Shown here: positions 9,074-19,236 of the stretch, piece after piece
How the letters are laid out: each line of letters begins with the position of its first letter
Numbering within the stretch: position 1 is the first letter of the stretch
NCBI GenBank assembly: GCA_963702005.1
Contig: OY969696.1
Location: 3,488,001-3,552,000, forward strand
Direction: 5' to 3'
DNA: 64,000 nt
DNA from: Candidatus Aminicenantes bacterium
GTDB lineage: Bacteria; Acidobacteriota; Aminicenantia; Aminicenantales; JAFGBC01
Notes under the pieces: generated by a model
What the model was told of the DNA's origin: nothing
What the model saw: the letters and a program-made list of their open reading frames with translations, nothing else
Databases searched by the model: none
Made by a program: the position numbers and the translations under genes

Positions 9074-10681
9074 TCACCTCACGTCGTAGCGGATGAAGGC
9101 GATATAGCCCAGATAAAAGAGCAGGATCGCCTCGACGAGCAGGATTCCGATCCGAGCGATGGAATTTTCCACGCCCTCTAATAAAGACACCGCGCGGTCC
9201 AAGAAGCGGGGCATATCTGAGATGTCGAGAAAGGGGAAATCGTCCGGCTGGTCGCCGCGGAGCTTGACCTTGTTGAGTCTTTGCCATTGGACCCAAAAAT
9301 CCTTCTCCCCGGTGGCCCAATCATCATAAGCCTTCATCGTCTTGAATTCGCCCCCGGTCCTGGCCGCGACGAGCCAGTCGGCCGTCTTCATGTCCTGGGG
9401 AGACGTCGGCGTAAAGTACCGAAATGAAGCAAAAATATTCTTCCCCTGCAAATAGCGGATGAACGTCTCCCGATATTGGCGCATCCGGTCCATGACCTTC
9501 TCATAGGAATGTCCATCCGTCGCGCAGATGGCCGAGGCGATCGTCCGGAAGACTCCCGCGGGCGAAATCAGGGCGATTCGCTCAGCAATCTGCGCCTGGC
9601 GGGTCAAGCTGTCCAGATAAGCTTTTTGGGAGGCCCATTTCTTTTCGGCGTAATCGAGCCGCAGGGGCTCCGAAATCAGCGACCGCTGACGCTCCCTTTC
9701 AAAAAACGAAGCTGTGCACCCATACATTTCCTTATGGCCGTCGTCCCCTCCGATGTTATACCAGCCCATGTCCCAATCGGTCGTCGGCAGAGTCTTTTCC
9801 CGGTCTCGGATCGTTCGGTTGAATTCCCTGTCCAGGTCGTCGATCACGCGAGCCAGGTTCTCGCGGGATTGGACCCGGACGAAGCTCTCGGCGAAATAGG
9901 CAGACAGGTTGGGGACGATGAAGACGAAGAAGACCCAGACGAACAGGCAGAGGACGAGGCTGGTGACGGATGTCTTGGACCGGGCCGAGATGAGGAGCCC
10001 GACGAAGATGAAAACGGCCAGGTAGAGCAGGCTGACGCCGGAGATGAGCGCGATCCGTCCCCAGTCGAGCGCCGAAAAGGACAGATCCTTCGACGCCAGG
10101 ACCAGGAGGGCGCTCAGCAAGAAGCAAAAGATGAGCACGGGCAGCATCGTGACCAGGATGCCTAGGACCTTGCCGGCCAGGAGTCGCGAGCGTCCGATGG
10201 AGTTGGCCATCTGCATCCGCAAGGTGCCGTCCTCCTTCTCGCGGGTGAAGACGTCATAGCTGAAGAGGAGGGCCAGCAGAGAGAAGACGATGGCCGCGAT
10301 ATCGACGAAATCGACCGAGAAGAAGGACGCTAGAAAGGGGTTGTCCCTGACGGCCGTCGTCCCTTCCGCCCACCACGGCTTTTCCCCGAGGAGGATCCTC
10401 ACCCGGTGGCCGACCTGCCCCCGGATGCCCCGGCAGAAGATGCCGAGCGGCTCGGGGGGAAGTACGATCTCGGGCCGCAGGGCCGAATAAACACGGACTT
10501 CCCTGGTCGCCTTTTCCGCCGCGTCCCTCTCGGTCTGGTAGATGGCGGCCTGGTCGCGGTAGTCGTCGATGTTGATCAGGATGCTGAAGGGGATCAGGAC
10601 GAGGCAGAGGAGGAAGCCGATGACGAAGCGGGCGGAGAGGAGGTTGTTGAGGAACTCTTTCCTGACGATTTGAGAAACCAT
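9074..10681 (-). CDS. ABC-2 type transporter permease, paralog 2 (ends RYDVR)
   Basis: MVSQIVRKEF start with AAGGAG RBS; REKEDGTLR, VPN and ISP motifs. Confidence 0.9.
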   Translation of the reverse strand: MVSQIVRKEFLNNLLSARFVIGFLLCLVLIPFSILINIDDYRDQAAIYQTERDAAEKATREVRVYSALRPEIVLPPEPLGIFCRGIRGQVGHRVRILLGEKPWWAEGTTAVRDNPFLASFFSVDFVDIAAIVFSLLALLFSYDVFTREKEDGTLRMQMANSIGRSRLLAGKVLGILVTMLPVLIFCFLLSALLVLASKDLSFSALDWGRIALISGVSLLYLAVFIFVGLLISARSKTSVTSLVLCLFVWVFFVFIVPNLSAYFAESFVRVQSRENLARVIDDLDREFNRTIRDREKTLPTTDWDMGWYNIGGDDGHKEMYGCTASFFERERQRSLISEPLRLDYAEKKWASQKAYLDSLTRQAQIAERIALISPAGVFRTIASAICATDGHSYEKVMDRMRQYRETFIRYLQGKNIFASFRYFTPTSPQDMKTADWLVAARTGGEFKTMKAYDDWATGEKDFWVQWQRLNKVKLRGDQPDDFPFLDISDMPRFLDRAVSLLEGVENSIARIGILLVEAILLFYLGYIAFIRYDVR

Positions 10682-10735
10682 ATCCGCGTCTCCTTGCCTG
10701 TGCCGGCGGGATCGAAGTCCGCCGTATTTTTGAAT

Positions 10736-10753
10736 CTGCATTTTTTATGCCAA
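10736..10753 (-). promoter_or_regulatory. Sigma54 -24/-12 promoter, leftward (permeases 2 and 1)
   Basis: Minus strand TTGGCATAAAAAATGCAG = GG-N10-GC, about 55 nt upstream of ATG 10681. Confidence 0.75.
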
Positions 10754-10757
10754 GTCG

Positions 10758-10836
10758 AATTCTGGGGACACACGACTTATTTCATAATCTCTAAAAGAGA
10801 AATAAAGGGAGAAATAAGTCGTGTGTCCCCAGAATT
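10758..10836. repeat. Perfect 26-bp inverted repeat with 27-bp spacer (REPIN/MITE-like, family C)
   Basis: AATTCTGGGGACACACGACTTATTTC (10758-10783) and its exact reverse complement (10811-10836). Confidence 0.9.
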
Positions 10837-10904
10837 AGCGGCCTTTATGCCTGTGCCGGACAAGAAGACGCCCGGGAGAAGGTCCCGCGCATCTACGGCT
10901 GATT

Positions 10905-10942
10905 GGGTACGAACTTTCCCGTGTCCAGGTAATCCGTTGCCC
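10905..10942. promoter_or_regulatory. Candidate tandem enhancer (UAS) for the sigma54 activator
   Basis: GGGTACGAACTTTCCC and AGGTAATCCGTTGCCC: two 16-bp imperfect palindromes 22 bp apart, lying between the two sigma54 promoters. Confidence 0.5.
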
Positions 10943-11004
10943 AAAACGCGCTTCTAAAAAGCCACTTCCCCATCCTTCGCCCCCTGGACTCGCCGTTTTA
11001 TTCC

Positions 11005-11021
11005 TTGGCACGAAACGTGCA
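11005..11021 (+). promoter_or_regulatory. Sigma54 -24/-12 promoter, rightward (tolC operon)
   Basis: TTGGCACGAAACGTGCA, a near-consensus match to TGGCACG-N4-TTGCA, about 44 nt upstream of ATG 11065. Confidence 0.8.
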
Positions 11022-11064
11022 TTATTAGCGCGAGATGACATTCATCGACCGCGGAGAATCGACT

Positions 11065-12679
11065 ATGCGCAATAAAAAACCAATACTCGGCCGTTTGGCT
11101 CATATGATTCTATTCATCCCAATGCTACTCCCCTTCTCCGCGGCCGCGCAGGACAAGCCGGCCGCCCCGGCGGTCTCGCCGGAGAAATCTCCTCTCGCGC
11201 TCACCCTGGACGAGTGCATCGTCAGGGCGGTTAAAAAGAACCTGGGCGTGGCGGTTCAAATCACCACCTCCCGGATGGCCGACCTCGCCCTGACTCGGGC
11301 CGGAGAAAAATTCCTCCCTTCGCTCTTCTTCGACTTCAGCAGCCAGAAAACGAACTCGGCTTCTTACTCCTGGATCCAATCGGCCGACGTCCTGTCCCAA
11401 TCCGCGAAGAGCTACGGGGGGAGCCTCAGCCAGCTCATTCCCCTCGGCGGCAGGCTTGCCGTGTCCCTGGGGGCCGGCCGGAGCGAATCGAATACGCAGT
11501 TCCAGATTATCAACCCCAGCTACAGCGGCTCGCTGTCGTTCTCGCTGACCCAGCCCCTCCTCAGGGATTTCGGATGGGAGACGAGCCGGAGAGACATCCT
11601 GGTCGCCCGGAACAACAAGGACATCGCTCAAAACGACCTCAAGTCCACGCTTCTCGATACGGTTTACTCGGTCGAGCAGGCCTACTGGGAGCTGGTCTTC
11701 CGCATCGAGGCGCTCAAGGTCCGGCGCCAGTCCCTCAAGCTGGCCGAGGACCTCCTCGAAAAAAACCGGAAGGAGATCGAGATCGGGACGAAGGCGCCCA
11801 AGGAGATCCTGACCGCCCAGGCCGCCGTAGCCGCCCGCAAGGCCGATATCCTTCAGGCGGAGCAGATGGTCAAGGACTACGCCGACATGCTGCGCGGCCT
11901 TATCAACCTTCCCTTCGACAACGACGGCGGCGGAGATATCGCCCCCATCGACAGGCCCGGCTTCGCCAAGCGGGAGGTCGGTCTCGACGATGCCCTGGCC
12001 TTGGCCCTGAAGAACCGGCCCGACCTCCAGTCCTTCGCCCTCGAGATCAAGAACAGGGAGCTGGATTATTCCTACGCCAAGAACCAGACGCTTCCCGCCC
12101 TCGACCTCAAGGCCGACTATTGGAGCCCCGGCCTTTCGGGCGATCGGATCCTGTACCTCGACGATAACCCTTTGACCGGAGTCGTCCTGGGCAAGGTCCC
12201 GGGCGGCGCGTCCCTGGCCATGCGCGACGCCCTCAACTTCAAATACAGGAATTGGTCGGTCGCTCTGTCTCTGACCATCCCCCTGAGCTCCGTCCTCACC
12301 CGGGCGGCCCAGGCCGAGGCCAAAGCCGGCCTCGACCGGCAGATCGCCAGGATGAAAAGCCAGGAGCTAAGCGCCGTCTTGGAGATCCGGGCCGCCGTCC
12401 GGGCCGTCCAGACGGACTACGAGCGGGTCGGCGCCTACAAGGCCGCCCGCGAGCTGGCCGAGCAGAAGCTGGCCGCGGAAGAGGCCAAGCTCAAGGCCGG
12501 GCTGAGCAACAACTTCTTCGTCCTCCAGTACCAGCAGGACCTGGCCAGCGCCGGGACGGCCGAGCTGCGGGCCGTCATCGACTATACGCTCTCCCTCGAC
12601 CAGGCTGGACAAGGCCACGGGTGTCAGCCTGGACAAGCGGAACATCGCTTCGCTGACGCCACGGAGGTCGGATCGATGA
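11065..12679 (+). CDS. TolC family outer membrane efflux protein (one +1 indel near 12601)
   Basis: LTLDECIVRAVKKN, LTQPLL, VEQAYWEL, ALKNRPDL, AEEAKLKAGLS; removing one base gives the ending LDRLDKATGVSLDKRNI..RRSDR* overlapping the next ATG. Confidence 0.88.
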
Positions 12680-14172
12680 AAAAGATCGCATCGCATTCTC
12701 CTCGCCCTCGTTGTGATCGGAGCGGCCCTGGGCGGTCCGGCCGCCGCTCAGGAAGGCCAGTCCCAGACGATGAAGCTCCTGACGCCTGAAAAAGGCCCAG
12801 CTCCATGCTCGAAAAGACCAAGGGCGACTTCGACCGCTCGCTCAAGCTCAAGGAACAGGGCCTGACATCCGAGCAGGAGTTCGCCCTGGTCCGGACGGCC
12901 TACCTCCAGGCCCAGGTCGATTACCAGCAGGCCCTGATCAACTTCATGGGCAGCGAGGCCCGCATCTCGGTGGCCAGCGCGGTCAAGTTCCAGGACGCGG
13001 GCGGCAAGAAGTTCGTCCGGGTCACCCTCCGCTACTCCTCCAAGGAGCTCAAGGAGCTGGCCAAGCTGAACATCAAGCGCCGAGGACCTCTTCCCGCTCG
13101 ACTTCATGAAGGAGCTCAAGGACGTCTACGGTCTCGCTGAAGTCCGAGGGCAAGATCGTCTCCGACCCCTACGAGAAGACCATCGCCTCGCCTGCCGCTC
13201 GAATCGGAGCGGGACGTGACCTTCCAGCTTCTCAAGGACGTCGAGAACCTCGACGTCAACGTCTTCTATTCGGGAAAGAACGAGACGACCTCGGTCTACC
13301 TCCAGAAGGGCGTCAGCGCCAACATCGTGACCATCAACTCGGCCCAGTTCTCGCAGGAAGCCGACCTGGAGAGCCACGGCCACCTTCGACCTGTCGCTGG
13401 AGAAATTCTCGGGCGAGGCCAACGTCTTCAAGCTGGAGATCGCCAACCTGCCCCACCAGATCAATTACGAGTTCAGCGATCCCGACGACGGGCGCCCGGC
13501 TGTCCCAGATCAAGTTCACCGAGGGCGTCACCAGCATGAAGCTGTCCCTCAAGCTCTATCTCCCCAAGAACGCCGACGCCCAGGTCGTCATCGACAAGCC
13601 GATCACCTTCTACGCCCTGGCCCTCGACAACGAGCGGGCGGGCGCGCTCCAGGACCTGCTGGCCAAAAAGCCCGAAATCGGGCTCAAGGACATCGAAGCC
13701 CTCAAGGCCGGCAGCGTGCGGCTCGAGCTCATCCCGCGCGGCGTGGGCAAGATCGAGGTCCAGGCCGTCAACCTCTACCACGAGATCAAGGTCGGCGAGG
13801 CTGTCGCGATGGAAGTCAGGGTCAGCAACGCCGGGACCCGCAAGCTCAACAATATCCGGCGTCTTCGCCGACCTGCCGCTCAACTGGCGGTCCGAGATCG
13901 AGCCCGACCTGATCGCCTCGCTCGACCAGAACAAGGAGCAGGTCGTCACGATCAAGTTCCTGCCGCCGGCCGACGTCGCCGTCGGCGATTATGAGCCGAA
14001 GATCAAGACCGAGTGCAGCGCCGACAACCGGAAGGTCGAGTCCGAGGACAAGATCGTCCGCGTCCACGTCGCCTCGAAGACGAACGTCCTGGGCATCAGC
14101 CTGCTGGTGCTCCTGCTGGTCGGCCTGCTGGTCGGGATCGTCGTCTTCGGCATCAAGCTGACCCGGCGCTGA
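12676..14172 (+). CDS. Secreted, C-terminally anchored protein: alpha-hairpin + Ig-like/NEW3 domains + TM (about 495 aa after removing nine +1 indels)
   Basis: Manual reconstruction: MKKIASILLALVVIGAALGGPAAA|QEGQ..LEKTKGDFDRSLKLKEQGLTSEQEF..NAGTRKLNNI..LPLNWRSEIEP..PPADVAVGDYE..NVLGISLLVLLLVGLLVGIVVFGIKLTRR*; GGAGG RBS; pieces visible in ORFs 12805, 13216 and 13536. Confidence 0.8.
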
Positions 14173-14209
14173 ACCCGCCGCGTCGAACGTACGAAACAAG
14201 GAGGACATC

Positions 14210-14949
14210 ATGGCTCAAACGAATCCCATCCTTAAGGCCGACGACCTGTCCAAGCGCTACGAGGACGGCGTCCTGGCTCTCGACCACCTCAACCTGGACG
14301 TGCACGGGGGCGAGGTCTACTGCCTGCTCGGCGCCAACGGCGCGGGAAAGACGACGACGATCAACCTTTTCCTGAACTTCATCCCGCCCACGACGGGAAC
14401 CTGCTACATCACCGGCATCGACGTCACCAAGGACCCGCTCGAGGCGAAAAAGTACGTCGCCTTCGTCTCGGAGAACGTCATGCTCTACGGCAATTTCACG
14501 GCCCGCCAGAACCTGGACTTCTTCGCCAAGCTGGGCGGGAAGCCCGACCTGACCAAGGAGCATTATTATCAGGTCATGCGGCGCGTCTCGCTCCAGGAGA
14601 AAGCCTTCGAGCAGCGGGTCAAGACCTTTTCCAAAGGCATGCGGCAAAAGCTCGGAATCTCGATCGCCGTCATCAAGGACGCGCCGGCCATCCTGCTCGA
14701 CGAGCCGACCTCGGGCCTCGACCCCAAAGCGGCCGAGGAGTTCCTGGAGATCCTGGACGAGCTGAAGAAAGAAAACAAGGCGATCCTTATGTCCACCCAC
14801 GACATCTTCCGGGCCAAGGAGATCGGCGACCGGGTCGGGATCATGAAGGAAGGCCGGCTGGTCATGGAGCGGACCCGCGGGAGCTTCAGTACGAGGACCT
14901 GGTCAAGATCTACATCGACTACATGAAGTCCGAACCCCTGACGGCTTAG
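14210..14949 (+). CDS. ABC transporter ATP-binding protein (one -1 indel near 14879)
   Basis: GANGAGKTT, FSKGMRQK, LLDEPTSGLDP, STHD; natural ending ELQYEDLVKIYIDYMKSEPLTA* lies in the shifted frame. Confidence 0.93.
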
Positions 14950-14952
14950 TCC

Positions 14953-16395
14953 ATGCTGAAAACCATCGTTCGCAAAGAGCTTCTCGAGAACATCTTCAGC
15001 TACCGCTTTCCGCTGTTCGCCCTCATCTGCATCGTCCTCATTCCGTTGGGCATGTTCGTCAATAACGCCCAGTATTCCAAGCGGCTCAGGGATTACGGCG
15101 AGCAGGTGCGCCTGGCGGACGAAGGGGCCTCGGGGCTCACGATGCAGGACGTCATGGCCGGACGGGTGACCCTCAAGGGCTTCCGCCGGCCCGCGCCGCT
15201 GTCGATATTCGCCCAGGGCTTCGAGAACACCTTGCCCCGCTACTACCAATTCACGCAGGACGGCTTCGCTCAAGGCGAATCGGCCAGCGGCGACGAGTCC
15301 TTTCTTTCGACCCAGGGCAAGTTCGATTTCGTCTTCCTGGTCCAGATGGTCATCAGCCTGATCGGCCTGCTGTTTGCCTCGGATGTCATCGCGGGCGAGA
15401 AGGAGTCGGGCACGCTGCGGGCCATGCTCTCGAACCGCTTGCCGCGGGACGCCGTTCTGATCGGCAAGATCGCCGGCGGCTTCCTGGCCCTGGCGGCGTC
15501 CTTCCTGGTCGCCCTCCTGCTGGGCGTCCTGATCCTTCTGCCGGGAGGTTTTCCGCTCTTCAGCGGCGACGGCTTGGCCCGGATTCTCATCCTGGCTCTG
15601 GCCTCCCTGTTCTTCATGCTGATCTACTACACGATCGGGACGATGGTCTCGACCAGTTCCTCCAAAACGAGGACATCGCTGGTGGCCATTCTTCTCATCT
15701 GGTCGGGCTTCCAGCTGGTTATTCCCAAGTTGAGCGATATGGCCGCCGCGCTGATCTATCCGGTGCGTACGGAAACCGAAGTCTCGCTCGAAAAATCCCT
15801 CCTGATCAATTCGATCGAGACCGAAACGGCGAAAGAACTGGGCCGCCAGTACGACCTGATCTTCGGAAGCGCGGCCGCGGGCGTCGCGGACGACGTGAAC
15901 TCGCCCGAGAGGAAGAAATGGGATCCGCTCAGAGACGACATCCAGCTGCGCGCCCGGGAGAGGAAGGCCCAGCAGCTCCAGACGATCGACGAGACCTTCC
16001 AGATGCGGAAGCGGCGGCAGCAAAACCTGGCCGTGAATCTGTCCTTGATCTCGCCCAGCGCGGCTTTCGGCCGCTTCGCCGCCGACGTCTGCGCGACGGG
16101 CGAGCTGGCGCGCGCGAAATACCAGGAGGCCGTCCGCTCCCATCAAAAGGCCCTCGACAACGAGCTCTTCAGCAAAGTCAAGCGGACCCTGATGATGCAC
16201 GCGGATGGCCGCATGACGATGATGTTTTCCGCCCAGCCGGTGGACCCCAAAAATCTGCCGAAATTTACGATCGGCGTCGCTTCGCTGGGGGACACCTTCA
16301 AGGAAAACGGGCGCAGCCTTCTGGCGCTGGCTTTCTGGCTGATCGCTCCTTTCGCCTTCGCCTATATCCGATTCTTGAAATACGACGTCCGATAG
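14953..16395 (+). CDS. ABC-2 type transporter permease, paralog 3 (ends KYDVR)
   Basis: MLKTIVRKEL, AGEKESGTLR, IGKI, VIP, ISP. Confidence 0.9.
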   Translation: MLKTIVRKELLENIFSYRFPLFALICIVLIPLGMFVNNAQYSKRLRDYGEQVRLADEGASGLTMQDVMAGRVTLKGFRRPAPLSIFAQGFENTLPRYYQFTQDGFAQGESASGDESFLSTQGKFDFVFLVQMVISLIGLLFASDVIAGEKESGTLRAMLSNRLPRDAVLIGKIAGGFLALAASFLVALLLGVLILLPGGFPLFSGDGLARILILALASLFFMLIYYTIGTMVSTSSSKTRTSLVAILLIWSGFQLVIPKLSDMAAALIYPVRTETEVSLEKSLLINSIETETAKELGRQYDLIFGSAAAGVADDVNSPERKKWDPLRDDIQLRARERKAQQLQTIDETFQMRKRRQQNLAVNLSLISPSAAFGRFAADVCATGELARAKYQEAVRSHQKALDNELFSKVKRTLMMHADGRMTMMFSAQPVDPKNLPKFTIGVASLGDTFKENGRSLLALAFWLIAPFAFAYIRFLKYDVR

Positions 16396-16402
16396 TGATC
16401 CG

Positions 16403-17722
16403 ATGCTGAGAACGATCATCAGGCGGGAAATCCTCGAATACCTGAAATCCGCTAAGTTCCTCATCGGTCTGATGATCGCAGTCATCCTGACGGCGGCGAG
16501 CACATTCATCAACGTCCAGGATTACGCCATCCGCCACCAGGACTACCTCGATGCTAAGAACAATTTGAAATCAGACGGCTTCAGGATAAAAATCTTCCGC
16601 GAACCCCAGGTTCTGGGCACACTTGCCCGGGGCAAAGACCGGGAGATAGGCGACCAGATCGAGATGTCGGTCATAGATGCGCCGCGCAGGCTCACCGGAT
16701 ATATGGACGAAGGGCGGAAGAGGAATCCCACGTTCGCGGGCTTCTCGGCCGTCGACTTCGCCTTCCTCGTCCGGGTCGTGCTAAGCCTTCTCGTCGTTTT
16801 CCTGGCGTATAACAGCGTGTCGGAGGAGAAGGCCAACGGAACCCTGAAGCTCGCCTTGGCCAACGCCTTGCCTCGGGACAAGCTTCTTCTCGGAAAACTC
16901 ATCAGCGGCCTCCTCGTTGCCCTGGGCTCGCTCGTGATCGCAGCCCTCCTTGCATCCCTTATCCTGATCCTCCATCCCTCGGTCTCTCTGTCGGGCGGCG
17001 ATATGGTCAGGATCGCGGCGATGCTGGCCGTTTCGGCTCTCTATCTTTCCGCCTTTTATGCCCTAGGGCTTTATATCTCGGTCAAGACAGACCGTCCGGC
17101 GGTGTCCCTGATGATTCTCCTCCAGGCTTGGATCGTGCTGGTCATCATCTACCCCAATTTGAGCGTGGCCTTTGCGGAGCGCTTTTATCCCCTGCCGAGT
17201 GAAGAGTCGCTGGCTCGGCAAAAGGACGCTGTTTGGGATAAACACAGCGCCGAAATCAAAAAGGCGAACGAGGGCTTTCAAAAGGTTTCCCCAACGCTGG
17301 AAGACAGGCTGAGATTCGTCGAAGCCTGGTCCTCCACAGCGGCAGACTATGATAGCATCGCTGCGGAGCTCGACCGTCGCCAGACCTCGCAGATGAAATT
17401 AGCGGTATTTCTCTCCGGTCTCTCGCCCGCCGCCCTCTGCGACCAGGTCATGAATCGCCTTGCCCGGACCGACATTCGGGAATATGACCGGTTCGTCGAC
17501 GGCGCCCACCGGCTCTGGCTGAAGTTCGTCGAACGGTCCAAGCTCCGCTACAGGGACGAAGAGGCATTCAAAAGGAGCACGCTTCCGGATTTCAGCTATA
17601 TTTCAGACAGGCCGGGAGAAGCCGTTGTCGCCGTCTGGCCGCATTGGCTGATCTTGTTCCTTTTCAACTGCATTTTCTTCGCGCTTGCTTACACAGGCTT
17701 CCTGAGAAAAGACCTCCGGTGA
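16403..17722 (+). CDS. ABC-2 type transporter permease, paralog 4 (ends RKDLR)
   Basis: MLRTIIRREI, SEEKANGTLK, LGKL, YPN, LSP. Confidence 0.9.
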   Translation: MLRTIIRREILEYLKSAKFLIGLMIAVILTAASTFINVQDYAIRHQDYLDAKNNLKSDGFRIKIFREPQVLGTLARGKDREIGDQIEMSVIDAPRRLTGYMDEGRKRNPTFAGFSAVDFAFLVRVVLSLLVVFLAYNSVSEEKANGTLKLALANALPRDKLLLGKLISGLLVALGSLVIAALLASLILILHPSVSLSGGDMVRIAAMLAVSALYLSAFYALGLYISVKTDRPAVSLMILLQAWIVLVIIYPNLSVAFAERFYPLPSEESLARQKDAVWDKHSAEIKKANEGFQKVSPTLEDRLRFVEAWSSTAADYDSIAAELDRRQTSQMKLAVFLSGLSPAALCDQVMNRLARTDIREYDRFVDGAHRLWLKFVERSKLRYRDEEAFKRSTLPDFSYISDRPGEAVVAVWPHWLILFLFNCIFFALAYTGFLRKDLR

Positions 17723-17726
17723 TGCC

Positions 17727-19133
17727 ATGAAGACGATCCTCCGCCGCGAATTTCTGGACCATATCCAAAGCCTGCAATTCATGGCCCTTCTAGCCTTGGC
17801 CGTTATTCTGTTCGCAGGCAACGGCCTTATCTTCGTTAAGTCCTATTCGCAGCGGATCGACGCCTACCAAAAGAATCTGGCTTTCATGCAGGAGCAGGAA
17901 TGGAAGAGCACCGTGCGCCTCCAGCTCTACAGGCGTCCCAGCTCGCTGCTTTTTATCGCAGAAGGTGGGGATATCATAAGGCCTTCCGAATACTATCTCC
18001 TTCCTAAAGGAGCCCTCTCGGCCGGAGAGCAGAATCTTAGGACGTTCAAGATGCCGACCGTGCCGACGCTGGACTGGTCCTTCATCATCGGCACCTTGTT
18101 CAGCCTCTATACCATACTCTTAGGCTACAGCACCGTGTCATGGGAGAGGGAACAGGGGACACTTCGGTTGGTTCTCGCCAATTCACTCGGCCGGGTCCAC
18201 TTGCTCACGGCCAAATACTTGTCCGTCCTTTCGGTCATCGCGGTTCCGCTCCTGGCCGGCACCCTCGTTAGCCTGATCATCATCGGGACGCTCGTCCCGC
18301 AGGCCATGACGCTGGCCAACGTTTCCAGGATCGTCCTGGTTCTTCTCCTGGCCCTGGCGTACGTTTCCCTTTTCGCGTTCTTGAGCCTCCTCTTTTCGTC
18401 GATCATCTCCCGATCATCGCTTGTCCTGCTGACACTCCTCGCCATATGGGTGCTTTTTGCCATCGTCATCCCCAGCTCTTCCCTAGTTCTGGTCGACAAG
18501 CTTTCGTCGGCCCCCCGCGAGATCCAGGCAGCCCGGATGTTCGAGCCCATGGTTCAGAAAGAAGTGTGGGAAAAAATCGATGCGATCGTTGCCGGGGCCG
18601 GGCGGGGCGAATACAAGACGGAGGAGGAGGTCAGGGCAGGCACGGACCACGCTTTCGAGGAGGGTCAGAACCGGGTCAAACAATTCTACGAAGATTTCGG
18701 AAAATCTGAGAAAGCCCGAGCCGCCCAGGCTAAAAACCTGTCGCGGCTCTCCCCCCTGGCCTTATTCCAATATGCCTCGGAGGATATCGTCCAGTCAGGG
18801 GACGGCGGAGAAGATGAGTTTTTGAGGCAGGTTCGGGAATATTCCCGCATTTATGACGCGTATATCCAGAAGAAACTCGGCAAGATCATAGTGACTTCGG
18901 ATTGGTCGTTTTCTAAGAATATTGGCTTTCATGGGAAAACCATCCGCATCGAATCGCCCGAAGCCCTGGAATACGAGGGGGATAAGTCCGACTTCCCGGT
19001 CTTCAGCGAGCGGCGGCCGTCCCTGAGCAAGGGACTCAAGAGCGCCCTGGGCGACCTGGCCGGGCTCATTCTCTGGAACATCGTCCTGGCCGGCTTGGCT
19101 TTTTCAGCCTTCATCAGGACAGACGTGAGATGA
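17727..19133 (+). CDS. ABC-2 type transporter permease, paralog 5 (ends RTDVR)
   Basis: MKTILRREF, SWEREQGTLR, AKY, IPS, LSP. Confidence 0.9.
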   Translation: MKTILRREFLDHIQSLQFMALLALAVILFAGNGLIFVKSYSQRIDAYQKNLAFMQEQEWKSTVRLQLYRRPSSLLFIAEGGDIIRPSEYYLLPKGALSAGEQNLRTFKMPTVPTLDWSFIIGTLFSLYTILLGYSTVSWEREQGTLRLVLANSLGRVHLLTAKYLSVLSVIAVPLLAGTLVSLIIIGTLVPQAMTLANVSRIVLVLLLALAYVSLFAFLSLLFSSIISRSSLVLLTLLAIWVLFAIVIPSSSLVLVDKLSSAPREIQAARMFEPMVQKEVWEKIDAIVAGAGRGEYKTEEEVRAGTDHAFEEGQNRVKQFYEDFGKSEKARAAQAKNLSRLSPLALFQYASEDIVQSGDGGEDEFLRQVREYSRIYDAYIQKKLGKIIVTSDWSFSKNIGFHGKTIRIESPEALEYEGDKSDFPVFSERRPSLSKGLKSALGDLAGLILWNIVLAGLAFSAFIRTDVR

Positions 19134-19236
19134 TTCGCAAAGACATGAAGGAAGCGCTTTTTTACTATCTCCGGAGACCGCCCGTCGCTCCCGGGCTGCA
19201 ACCCGGGTTGAACGGTTCCGGGAAAGAGGTGCGGGC

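Noticed and set aside
9068-9090. Idea that the conserved DVR-stop tail exists only to encode a Shine-Dalgarno sequence (GTGAGGTGA) for the next gene
   Set aside because: The motif is retained with non-SD codons and in operon-terminal permeases, so it is more likely a protein-level motif
12595-13900. Programmed frameshifting or phase variation in the adaptor gene
   Set aside because: Ten scattered +1 bases without slippery heptamers or long homopolymers fit sequencing error better
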